A stretch of DNA of 64,000 bases from Anaerolineae bacterium (GTDB taxonomy: Bacteria > Chloroflexota > Anaerolineae > Aggregatilineales > Phototrophicaceae): positions 5,502 through 69,501 of the forward strand of contig JABWBO010000006.1 in the NCBI GenBank assembly GCA_013360465.1, written 5' to 3'. Below are positions 57,135 to 64,000 of the stretch, piece after piece. The notes beneath the pieces are model-generated. The model was not told where the DNA came from. It searched no databases and saw only the letters and a list, made by a program, of their open reading frames with translations. Positions within the stretch are counted from its first letter, which is position 1. Each line of letters begins with the position of its first letter. Position numbers and translations under genes: made by a program.

Positions 57135-58256
57135 ATGCCAATCCTCCTTGATCGAACACCCGATGCGCCACACCTGCATGTGCAGGTCGCCGCTATCCTC
57201 AAGAAGCGCATCCATAACGGGACCTGGAGCAGCGGCAGCAGCATCCCATCGGAGAAAGAGCTGTGCGCCGAATTCGACGTGGCGCGCGGGACGGTGCGCC
57301 AGGCATTGGCGAGCCTGGAGGCGGAAGGCTATCTGAGCCGTGAACAGGGGCGGGGAACCTTCGTTCAGTGGCGCGAATTCAGCGCCAACCGCAGCCGATC
57401 CCAACGCCTGGCATTCGTCGTCCCGTATGTGCGCGACTCGTCGGTTCCGACCATCCTGGTCGGCTTCCAGCAGGTCGCCGAACAAGCCAACTACTCGGTC
57501 ATCTTCAACCACGTCAACAACGATCTTCAGCAGCAGGAACGGGTGGTCCTCAAGCTCATCGACGAGAATGTGGCGGGGATCGCCCTCTACCCCATCAATT
57601 CGGAAACGCTGCCGATCATCGAAAACCTGTATAACGCCCGGTTTCCGCTGGTGCTGATCGACCGCTACGTGCGCACGTTTTCGACCGACTATGTGATGAC
57701 CGATCACTTCGGCGGGGCGATTCGCGGCACACATTATCTGTTCAACCTGGGACATACCCGCGTGGGCTTCGTCACCTGGCTCTCGCCGGCGGTCAGCATG
57801 GAACATCGATTCCTGGGTTACAGTCAGGCGGTCGCCGAACGCGGGCTGCGGCTCAGCGACCGCCTGATCTGCCGGGTCGAGGGGTATCCGATGATTGACC
57901 GCACGCCGCTGAACGAGTATCTTTCGGGACCCGACCGCCCCACCGCCGTATTCGCCGCCAATGACCAGATCGCCATCGCCGTCTATCGCGCCGCGACCAG
58001 CCTGGGGCTGTCGATCCCCGACGATCTCTCGGTCCTGGGATTCGACGATCTGGATGTTTCGGCGCATCTCGATCCGCCGCTGACGACCATCGCCCAGCCC
58101 TTCATGCAGATCGGCAGGACTGCCGCCGAACTCCTGCTGCGGCGAATCAGCGGAGAACGCGGTAACCTTGAGCAGTTGGCGCTTCAGGCGGCGTTCTCTC
58201 TGCGCGAATCGTGCCGGGCGCTGATATCTGAAGAATCAACGGCGCCGGCGATATAG
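57135..58256 (+). CDS. Transcriptional regulator with an N-terminal GntR-type winged HTH and a C-terminal LacI-type periplasmic-binding-protein sugar-sensor domain
   Basis: Start taken as ATG 57135 (the ORF track begins at TTG 57117). GntR HTH: IPSEKELCAEFDVARGTVRQALASLEAEGYLSREQGRGTFV. PBP-like region: RLAFVVPYVRDSSVPTILVGF ... AVFAANDQIAIAVYRAATSLGLSIPDDLSVLGFDD. Confidence 0.88.
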   Translation: MPILLDRTPDAPHLHVQVAAILKKRIHNGTWSSGSSIPSEKELCAEFDVARGTVRQALASLEAEGYLSREQGRGTFVQWREFSANRSRSQRLAFVVPYVRDSSVPTILVGFQQVAEQANYSVIFNHVNNDLQQQERVVLKLIDENVAGIALYPINSETLPIIENLYNARFPLVLIDRYVRTFSTDYVMTDHFGGAIRGTHYLFNLGHTRVGFVTWLSPAVSMEHRFLGYSQAVAERGLRLSDRLICRVEGYPMIDRTPLNEYLSGPDRPTAVFAANDQIAIAVYRAATSLGLSIPDDLSVLGFDDLDVSAHLDPPLTTIAQPFMQIGRTAAELLLRRISGERGNLEQLALQAAFSLRESCRALISEESTAPAI

Positions 58257-58266
58257 CCGCCGGCGC
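58242..58266 (+). other. GC hairpin spanning the regulator stop codon
   Basis: GCGCCGGCG (58242-58250), loop ATATAGC containing the TAG stop, CGCCGGCGC (58258-58266). There is no U-tract. Confidence 0.35.
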
Positions 58267-58380
58267 GGGGGTATCAAGAACCATGCTCAGGCAGCGGCGC
58301 TGAGTTGGGCGTGTTACAGCGCGCCCTGATGATGCAGCAAAACCTGTATTCGCGTCATAATTAGGCAGTTGGGAGAAAAT

Positions 58381-59013
58381 ATGTCTCTGATAGAGGAAAT
58401 TCGAGAGGGTGTCATCGAGGGTCAGGCAAACGTCGTCCTGGAGAAAGTCAGGCAAGCCCTTGAAGCTGGCGAATCGGCGGAGGTCATCCTCAACCAGGGA
58501 CTGATCAGCGGTATGCAGCGGGTGGGCGAATTGTTCGAAGAAGGCACGGTCTTCGTGCCGGAAATGCTGATCGCCGCCCGCGCGATGGACAAAGCCCTGA
58601 CGGTGCTGCGCCCGCATCTCGTCGAAGCCGGGGTGCAGCCCATCGCCAAAGTCGCCATCGGCACAGTAAAGGGCGACCTGCACGACATCGGCAAGAAGCT
58701 GGTGGCGATGATGCTGGAAGGTTCGGGGTTCGAGATCATGGACCTGGGCATCAATGTGCCGCCAGAGAAATTCGTCGACGCCGTGCGCCAGGGCGCGCAG
58801 GTCGTCGCCCTCTCCGCCCTGCTGACCACCACCATGCCCAACATGAAAGATGTGGTCGACGCCATCGACCAGGCGGGGCTGCGCAGGCAGACGCGGGTGA
58901 TCATCGGCGGCGCGCCAGTCAACCAGAACTACGCCGACCAGATCGGCGCAGACGGCTTCGCGCCGGATGCTTCCAGCGCGGTCCGCAAGGTTCGCGAACT
59001 CGTCGGCGTCTGA
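58381..59013 (+). CDS. Corrinoid (cobalamin-binding) protein of methyltransferase systems
   Basis: Start taken as ATG 58381 (GGGAG 5 nt upstream), giving 210 aa. It has an N-terminal B12-binding_2 helical cap, then a Rossmann B12 domain with the DxHxxG signature GDLHDIGKKLV and SALLTTTM. Confidence 0.92.
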   Translation: MSLIEEIREGVIEGQANVVLEKVRQALEAGESAEVILNQGLISGMQRVGELFEEGTVFVPEMLIAARAMDKALTVLRPHLVEAGVQPIAKVAIGTVKGDLHDIGKKLVAMMLEGSGFEIMDLGINVPPEKFVDAVRQGAQVVALSALLTTTMPNMKDVVDAIDQAGLRRQTRVIIGGAPVNQNYADQIGADGFAPDASSAVRKVRELVGV

Positions 59014-59023
59014 GTGCGGCACG

Positions 59024-60961
59024 ATGCATCACAGGCTGATTCTGATGCCCTCCGGGCGGCAGGGCGAAGTCGCTGACGGCGCGACTTTGCTGGAAGCCGC
59101 CCGCCAGCTCGGCGTCGAACTGGAAGCCATCTGCGGCGGCAGACAAACCTGCGGCAAGTGCCTGGTGACGCTGGAACGCGGGCAGTTCCTCAAGCACAGC
59201 ATCACCTCTTCGTCGGATCATCTGACACCGCCGGGCGAAGATGAGCGCGCCTATGCCGCCGCGCACGGGCTGACTCTTGAGACGTGGCGCATGGCATGCG
59301 CTGCCTGCATCACCGGAGATGTCCTGCTGCACATCCCGGAAACCAGCCTGGCGCGCAAGCAGGTCATCCTGAAAGCTGCCCGCGACATGGTGATCGAGGT
59401 CGCCCCTGCCGTGCGCCTCATCTACGTCGAAGTCGAACCGGCATCGCTGGGCGGCGACGGCGATTGGCAGCGACTGCAGAAGGCGCTGGCGGAACAGTGG
59501 CAGATCGATGGGTTGGAGATCGATGTGTCTCTGCTGCGGCGGCTGCAGGCGGCGCTGCGCGCCGGCGGGTGGAAGATCACCGCCACGCTCTGGGATGAGC
59601 GCCAGGTGATCCGCGTCGAACCGGGCTATGTAGAAAGCCTGTACGGGCTGGCGGTCGATGTTGGCTCGACCACCATCGTCTGCCACCTCTGCGATCTGCT
59701 CACCGGTCAGGTGATCGCCACCGAAGCCACGATGAATCCTCAGGTGCGCTACGGCGAGGACCTGATGAGCAGAGTTTCCTATGCCACCGGCGAAGCGGGC
59801 GGGCTGGGGCGGCTGCACCATGCCGCCGTCAAAGCCATCAACGATCTGGCGGACCGCGCCGCCGGGACCGCCGGCATCGACACCGCCGCCATCACCGACA
59901 TCGTCCTGGTCGGCAACACCATCATGCACCACCTGCTGCTCGGCATCGACCCGGTAGAACTGGGACAGGTCCCCTTCGCCCTGGCGACCGAGGACCCAGT
60001 CGATCTGCGGGCGCGCGAGCTGGGTCTGAACGTCCTGCACCCCGGCGCGCAGGCGCATCTGCTGCCCTGCATTGCCGGCTACGTCGGCGCGGACTGCGTG
60101 GCGGCGCTGCTGGCGAGCCTGCCCTTCCCGCAAGACGAGGTCCTGCTGATCCTGGACATCGGCACCAACGCCGAGATCATGCTGGTGGCGGGGTCGCGCA
60201 TCCTGGTCACCTCCAGCCCGACCGGTCCCGCCTTCGAAGGCGCGCAGATCCGTCATGGTCAGCGCGCCGCCTTCGGGGCAATCGAGCGCTTCCGCCTGGA
60301 CAGCACGACGGGAGCCGCCCGCTACCGCGTCGTCGGCGACGAGCGCTGGAGCGATCGGCTTCAGCCGGGGCACTCGCTGACGCCGACCGGCATCTGCGGG
60401 TCGGGCATCATCGAGATCGTCGCCGAGCTGCTCAGCGCGGGCTACGTCGCCCCCAGCGGCTACTTTGCGCCGACCGGGAAACACCCGCGCATTCGCGCCG
60501 CCGGAAAATCGGCGGAGTTCGTCCTCGCCGAAGCCGATGAAACCGCCGGCTCGCGCGAGATCGTCGTCACCCAGTTCGATATTCGCGCCGTGCAGCTCGC
60601 CAAAGCCGCGCTGTATGCCGGGGCGCGCCTGCTCATGGATCACCTCGGCATCGAGCGGGTGGACCGCATACACCTCGCCGGCGCATTCGGCAGCTACATC
60701 GACCCGATTTACGCCATGACCATCGGGATGATCCCCGACTGTGACCTCAGCCGGGTGGTCGCTGTCGGCAACGCCGCCGGAGATGGCGCGCGGATAGCGC
60801 TGCTCAATGCCGCCGCCCGCCGGCAGGCAGCTGATCTGGCGCGGCGCGCCGAATTCGTGGAGACCGCCGCTCATCCGCGCTTCCAGGACCTGTTCGTGGA
60901 GGCGATGGCGCTGCCCCACGCCAGCGATTCTTTTCCGCACCTTGCCGATCTCAAGCCGTGA
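59024..60961 (+). CDS. Corrinoid activation/regeneration protein (RACo-type: 2Fe-2S ferredoxin domain plus ASKHA ATPase domain)
   Basis: Start trimmed to ATG 59024, giving 645 aa. It has a plant-type 2Fe-2S motif CGGRQTCGKC ... C. The ASKHA-like segments LAVDVGSTTIV and LILDIGTNAEI are typical of the DUF4445/RACo family. Confidence 0.88.
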   Translation: MHHRLILMPSGRQGEVADGATLLEAARQLGVELEAICGGRQTCGKCLVTLERGQFLKHSITSSSDHLTPPGEDERAYAAAHGLTLETWRMACAACITGDVLLHIPETSLARKQVILKAARDMVIEVAPAVRLIYVEVEPASLGGDGDWQRLQKALAEQWQIDGLEIDVSLLRRLQAALRAGGWKITATLWDERQVIRVEPGYVESLYGLAVDVGSTTIVCHLCDLLTGQVIATEATMNPQVRYGEDLMSRVSYATGEAGGLGRLHHAAVKAINDLADRAAGTAGIDTAAITDIVLVGNTIMHHLLLGIDPVELGQVPFALATEDPVDLRARELGLNVLHPGAQAHLLPCIAGYVGADCVAALLASLPFPQDEVLLILDIGTNAEIMLVAGSRILVTSSPTGPAFEGAQIRHGQRAAFGAIERFRLDSTTGAARYRVVGDERWSDRLQPGHSLTPTGICGSGIIEIVAELLSAGYVAPSGYFAPTGKHPRIRAAGKSAEFVLAEADETAGSREIVVTQFDIRAVQLAKAALYAGARLLMDHLGIERVDRIHLAGAFGSYIDPIYAMTIGMIPDCDLSRVVAVGNAAGDGARIALLNAAARRQAADLARRAEFVETAAHPRFQDLFVEAMALPHASDSFPHLADLKP

Positions 60962-60994
60962 GTTTCGAAATCTGTTTCTAAAGGAGGTTGCCAT

Positions 60995-61897
60995 ATGACC
61001 GTCAGCCTTGCTCAGCTTCTTGAATCACAGGCGACCCTGGTCGCCGACGGCGGCATGGGGACGATGCTCTTCGCCGCTGGTCTGGCGCGCGGCAGCGCGC
61101 CCGAAGTGTGGAATGTCGAACGTCCCGAAGCCGTGCGCCGGATTCACGCCGACTACATCGCCGCCGGGGCGCAGATCATCCTGACCAACAGCTTCGGTGG
61201 CAGCCGGGCGCGGCTGAGCATGCACGGGCTGGCGGATCGGGCAGCCGAACTGAACCGCGCTGCCGCTCAGATCGCCCGTTCCGCCGCCCAGGATGCCCGA
61301 CATTCAGTGGTAATCGCCGGCTCCATCGGACCCACCGGACAGATGCTCGCGCCTTACGGCGACCTGGAACCGGACGATGCGGCGGAGATGTTCGCCGAAC
61401 AGGCGGCGGCGCTGGTCGAGGGCGGCGTCGATGTGCTGTGGATCGAGACGATGGCGGATATGAGCGAGGTGCGCGCCGCCGTCGAAGGCTGCCGCCGCGC
61501 AGCGCCGGGCGTGCCGCTGGTCGCCACGCTGACCTATGACACGCGCGGGCGCACCATGATGGGCGAGACGCCGGAACACGCCGCCGAGACTCTTGAAGGG
61601 ATGGGACTGCTGGCGCACGGCGCAAACTGTGGCAACGGTCCCGACGAACTGCTGACCGCCATCGATCACATGCATCACGCCCAGCCCCAGGCGCACCTGG
61701 TCGCCAAAGCCAACGCCGGGCTGCCCCACATGGTCGATGACCGCGCGGTGTACGACGCCGGTCCCGAAGTCATGGCGGCGTATGCCCGGCAGGCGCGCGC
61801 CAACGGCGCCCGCATCATCGGCGCATGCTGCGGCAGCACGCCGGAACATGTGCGCGCCATCGCCGAAGCGCTGCGCCAGGAGGACCCGGTAACATGA
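60995..61897 (+). CDS. Stand-alone homocysteine-binding S-methyltransferase domain protein (MetH N-terminal module / Pfam S-methyl_trans type)
   Basis: 300 aa. It has ADGGMGTML and ILTNSFGG. The zinc cysteines are in HGANCGNGP and IGACCGSTPEHV, matching the C...CC pattern of the MetH/BHMT/MmuM family. Confidence 0.9.
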   Translation: MTVSLAQLLESQATLVADGGMGTMLFAAGLARGSAPEVWNVERPEAVRRIHADYIAAGAQIILTNSFGGSRARLSMHGLADRAAELNRAAAQIARSAAQDARHSVVIAGSIGPTGQMLAPYGDLEPDDAAEMFAEQAAALVEGGVDVLWIETMADMSEVRAAVEGCRRAAPGVPLVATLTYDTRGRTMMGETPEHAAETLEGMGLLAHGANCGNGPDELLTAIDHMHHAQPQAHLVAKANAGLPHMVDDRAVYDAGPEVMAAYARQARANGARIIGACCGSTPEHVRAIAEALRQEDPVT

Positions 61898-62655
61898 CCC
61901 ACTACATCGCACTGACCTGTTCCGCCCTGGCGCGCAGCGTCTATGCAGCGGCGGCGGTCGCTGAACCGGTCGTCTCGGTACGCCTGTTCGATCAGGGCTT
62001 GCACAACGCGCCGCGCAGCCTGCGCGGTCGGCTGCAAGCGGCGGTCGATGCCGTAACGCCCGGCGAATGCGACGCCATCCTGCTCGCCTACGGCATCTGC
62101 GGCACGGCAACCATCGGGCTGACCGCTCACCACACGCCGCTGGTCATCCCCCGCGCCCACGACTGCATCACGCTCTATCTGGGATCGCGCCGGCGCTATC
62201 AGGATGAGTTCGACGCCTACCCCGGAACCTACTGGTACAGCCAGGATTACCTGGAACGCAATCCCTCTAGTTCGGGCGTCGCCCTGGGTGCTGCCAGCAT
62301 CCAGGTCAGCGAGTCGATCTACCAGCAGTACGTCGAGAAGTATGGGCAGGACAACGCCGATTACCTGATGGAGGTGATGGGCGAATGGGGCAGCCACTAC
62401 AACCGCGCCGTCTTCATCGATACCGGACTCGGCGACGGCGCGATCTATGAACAGCGGGCGCGCGAACAGGCGGAGAAGCGCGGTTGGCGCTACGAGAAAC
62501 GCGCGGGCGACCGGGGGATCACCGATCGGCTGCTGAGCGGCAGATGGAGCGAGGAGGAGTTCCTGATCATCCCGCCGGGGCATCGAATCGTCCAGGCAGT
62601 CGGTGATCAGCTCGTCCAGGCGCAGGCTGTCACCGACGAACCGCCGGAAACATAG
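61894..62655 (+). CDS. DUF1638 domain protein
   Basis: Start trimmed to ATG 61894 (ATGA overlap with the previous stop), giving 253 aa. By eye, the pattern LHNAPRSLRGRLQAAVD ... AILLAYGICGTATIGL ... LVIPRAHDCITLYLGS matches DUF1638, a family usually found next to corrinoid methyltransferase genes. Confidence 0.75.
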   Translation: MTHYIALTCSALARSVYAAAAVAEPVVSVRLFDQGLHNAPRSLRGRLQAAVDAVTPGECDAILLAYGICGTATIGLTAHHTPLVIPRAHDCITLYLGSRRRYQDEFDAYPGTYWYSQDYLERNPSSSGVALGAASIQVSESIYQQYVEKYGQDNADYLMEVMGEWGSHYNRAVFIDTGLGDGAIYEQRAREQAEKRGWRYEKRAGDRGITDRLLSGRWSEEEFLIIPPGHRIVQAVGDQLVQAQAVTDEPPET

Positions 62656-62682
62656 TCATGCAGTCTGAGGTCGAAGCCCGCT

Positions 62683-63957
62683 TCAGCGTTCGATCACAAC
62701 CGTCAGCACAAATACCCCGGATTCGCCGCCGTATTCGCCGACTTCAATGGTGTACGTCCCGTCCGCCGTGACCAGCGATGGCGGAATAACCGAGTCCAGA
62801 CCGCCCACGCCGAACAAGATCGCCTCGGTGTCGTCATTTTCAGCAAAGACCACGCCATCCGGGGCGATCACCTGTACATGAGAATCGAAGACCAACCCGA
62901 CGCCGCGCACATAAACGCTCAGCCGATCCTGCGCCAGCAGCGCCAGCGGCAGACGATAGATCGTCTCGTCGTCCAGCGCCTCTAAGAAGACATATTCCGT
63001 ACGCCCCTGCTCGGAAGGCGGGATGGTGGTTCGCGCCGACGGCGCGAAGGCGGTGACGGTCGCAGCGTCCGACGGTGGAACGATGATCTGCGGCTGATCG
63101 CCCTCGCGGAACGCCACCTCCAGCGCCGCGGAGACGGAAAAGGGCGGCTCGGGATAGCCGAGCAGTCCTGGCTGCAAGAGCAGGTCAACAGCGACGGCAA
63201 GATGGCGCAGGAGTCCATCTTCCGCGCCGATAGCCTCGTCCACCGTCAGCGTGGACCCCTCGAACAGCCGGGAGTTGTCCAGGACGATCTGCACCAGCTC
63301 GTCGTAGTCGTAGAGGATGATGTCAGTGCCCTGAGCTTGAGCGAGCGCGCGGACGGCGTCGTGGAAAGCGCCTATCTGCATCAAGGCATCAACATCGGCA
63401 GCGAATCGCAGGCGGTGAGCAGTCACACCGTCGGCGGTTTCATCCGGGAGCGCCGCGATCTCGGCGAATTCGGCAGGGTCAGCCGCCGCCAAAGCCGCCA
63501 GGACATCTGACATCCCGCCCACCCTGGAAAAATCCCAGTCGGCGAGCGCGCCATCCATGCCCATCAAGCCGAACATCGCCAGGATGCGCGTGGCGAACGC
63601 CCCGGCATCCTCCGTCTTCTGCCAACCGCCGCCGAAATTGAGGTAGAGGCTGTTGTCGATCCAGCGCGCCTGCAGGGTGATGTCATACGGTAGACTGCTG
63701 CCCAGCAGGAGCGTTCCTGTCAGATCGAGGCGAAATGACCGCGCGGGTACATCGACCGCGCCGTTCCCGTCCAGGCGCAGATCGAAGGTGAAGGTGTCCA
63801 AATTCTGGACGGAAAGGCTCCCCGCAAGATCGAAGGCGAAGGTCCTGGGCATGACCGCCCAGGGAGACGGCATCTCCTGCGCTTGCGCCGGTTGAGCGAT
63901 GAGGAGCGCGAACAGGACGCAGAGACGCATCATAACCCCGTATCTACCCGGTTTCAT
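62683..63957 (-). CDS. Secreted hypothetical protein with a C-terminal pre-peptidase-C-terminal (PPC)-like beta domain
   Basis: 424 aa with signal peptide MMRLCVLFALLIAQPAQAQ. The C-terminal 90 aa (VIAPDGVVFAENDDTEAILF ... ADGTYTIEVGEYGGESGVFVLTV) resembles PPC domains. I did not recognise the N-terminal part. Confidence 0.72.
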   Translation of the reverse strand: MKPGRYGVMMRLCVLFALLIAQPAQAQEMPSPWAVMPRTFAFDLAGSLSVQNLDTFTFDLRLDGNGAVDVPARSFRLDLTGTLLLGSSLPYDITLQARWIDNSLYLNFGGGWQKTEDAGAFATRILAMFGLMGMDGALADWDFSRVGGMSDVLAALAAADPAEFAEIAALPDETADGVTAHRLRFAADVDALMQIGAFHDAVRALAQAQGTDIILYDYDELVQIVLDNSRLFEGSTLTVDEAIGAEDGLLRHLAVAVDLLLQPGLLGYPEPPFSVSAALEVAFREGDQPQIIVPPSDAATVTAFAPSARTTIPPSEQGRTEYVFLEALDDETIYRLPLALLAQDRLSVYVRGVGLVFDSHVQVIAPDGVVFAENDDTEAILFGVGGLDSVIPPSLVTADGTYTIEVGEYGGESGVFVLTVVIER

Positions 63958-64000
63958 CGGATGATTCTTTCGCTGCCAGTATTCGATATTACGATTATAT

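Noticed and set aside
58257-58380. Possible cobalamin riboswitch upstream of the corrinoid protein gene (also checked 45807-45948)
   Set aside because: I looked for a B12-box-like core (G/A-rich AGYCMGG...GCC element) and the surrounding conserved helices and did not see them. Both regions are too short, at 124 and 142 nt including promoter elements, for a full cobalamin aptamer plus expression platform. A covariance-model scan (Rfam RF00174) would settle it.
58919-60994. 691 aa ORF on the minus strand
   Set aside because: It is antisense to the RACo-type activase gene, which has clear 2Fe-2S and ASKHA motifs on the plus strand.
1-64000. CRISPR arrays, tRNA/rRNA genes, IS elements, integrases, prophage or defence-system genes
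   Set aside because: I found no regularly spaced direct repeats, no cloverleaf-like or rRNA-like conserved stretches in the few non-coding gaps, and no transposase, integrase or nuclease-type ORFs. All intergenic gaps are short, except the two regulatory spacers discussed above.

Overview
This is a visibly GC-rich bacterial chromosomal segment, about 90 percent coding, dominated by carbohydrate uptake and catabolism. I could support 52 protein-coding genes. I recognised no rRNA, tRNA, CRISPR array, transposase or integrase. The gene repertoire (many CUT1-type sugar ABC importers without ATPase genes, Gfo/Idh/MocA oxidoreductases, DUF624, RRM protein, cold-shock protein) resembles saccharolytic Chloroflexota-type genomes, but that taxonomic guess is inference only.

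Layout:
- 1-3573 (-): sugar ABC importer operon.
- 3933-5629 (+): DeoR regulator and alpha/beta hydrolase.
- 5683-8026 (-): two exported or membrane hypothetical proteins.
- 8241-9737 (+): GH51 arabinofuranosidase.
- 9795-18091 (-): hexuronate operon, in transcription order SBP, two permeases, DUF624, Gfo/Idh/MocA, UxaC, UxaE.
- 18267-21862 (+): LacI regulator, OYE-like flavoprotein, Gfo/Idh/MocA.
- 22589-25781 (+): exported EB_dh-type haem-domain protein plus a histidine kinase / LuxR-type response regulator pair.
- 25880-27232: divergent cold-shock protein and RRM RNA-binding protein genes around a long lower-GC spacer.
- 27269-37816 (-): 10.5 kb string of SBP, permease, permease with a giant loop, membrane SpeE-like protein, GH172, GH2.
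- 38344-44579 (+): ABC importer plus two uncharacterised cytoplasmic enzymes.
- 44682-62655: the most interesting region.

The 44682-62655 region contains three tandem URO-D/MtaA-family methyltransferase-like genes and a convergent ABC importer operon ending in a diiron-motif protein. It continues with a GH38 alpha-mannosidase, a GntR-HTH sugar-sensing regulator, a corrinoid protein, a RACo-type corrinoid activase, a stand-alone homocysteine-domain methyltransferase and DUF1638. I read this as a corrinoid-dependent methyl-transfer system wired into sugar uptake. A possible role is demethylation of O-methylated sugars with methyl salvage to methionine. That assignment is hypothetical.

Long R/A/G/P-rich ORFs antisense to real genes are GC-driven shadows and were rejected.
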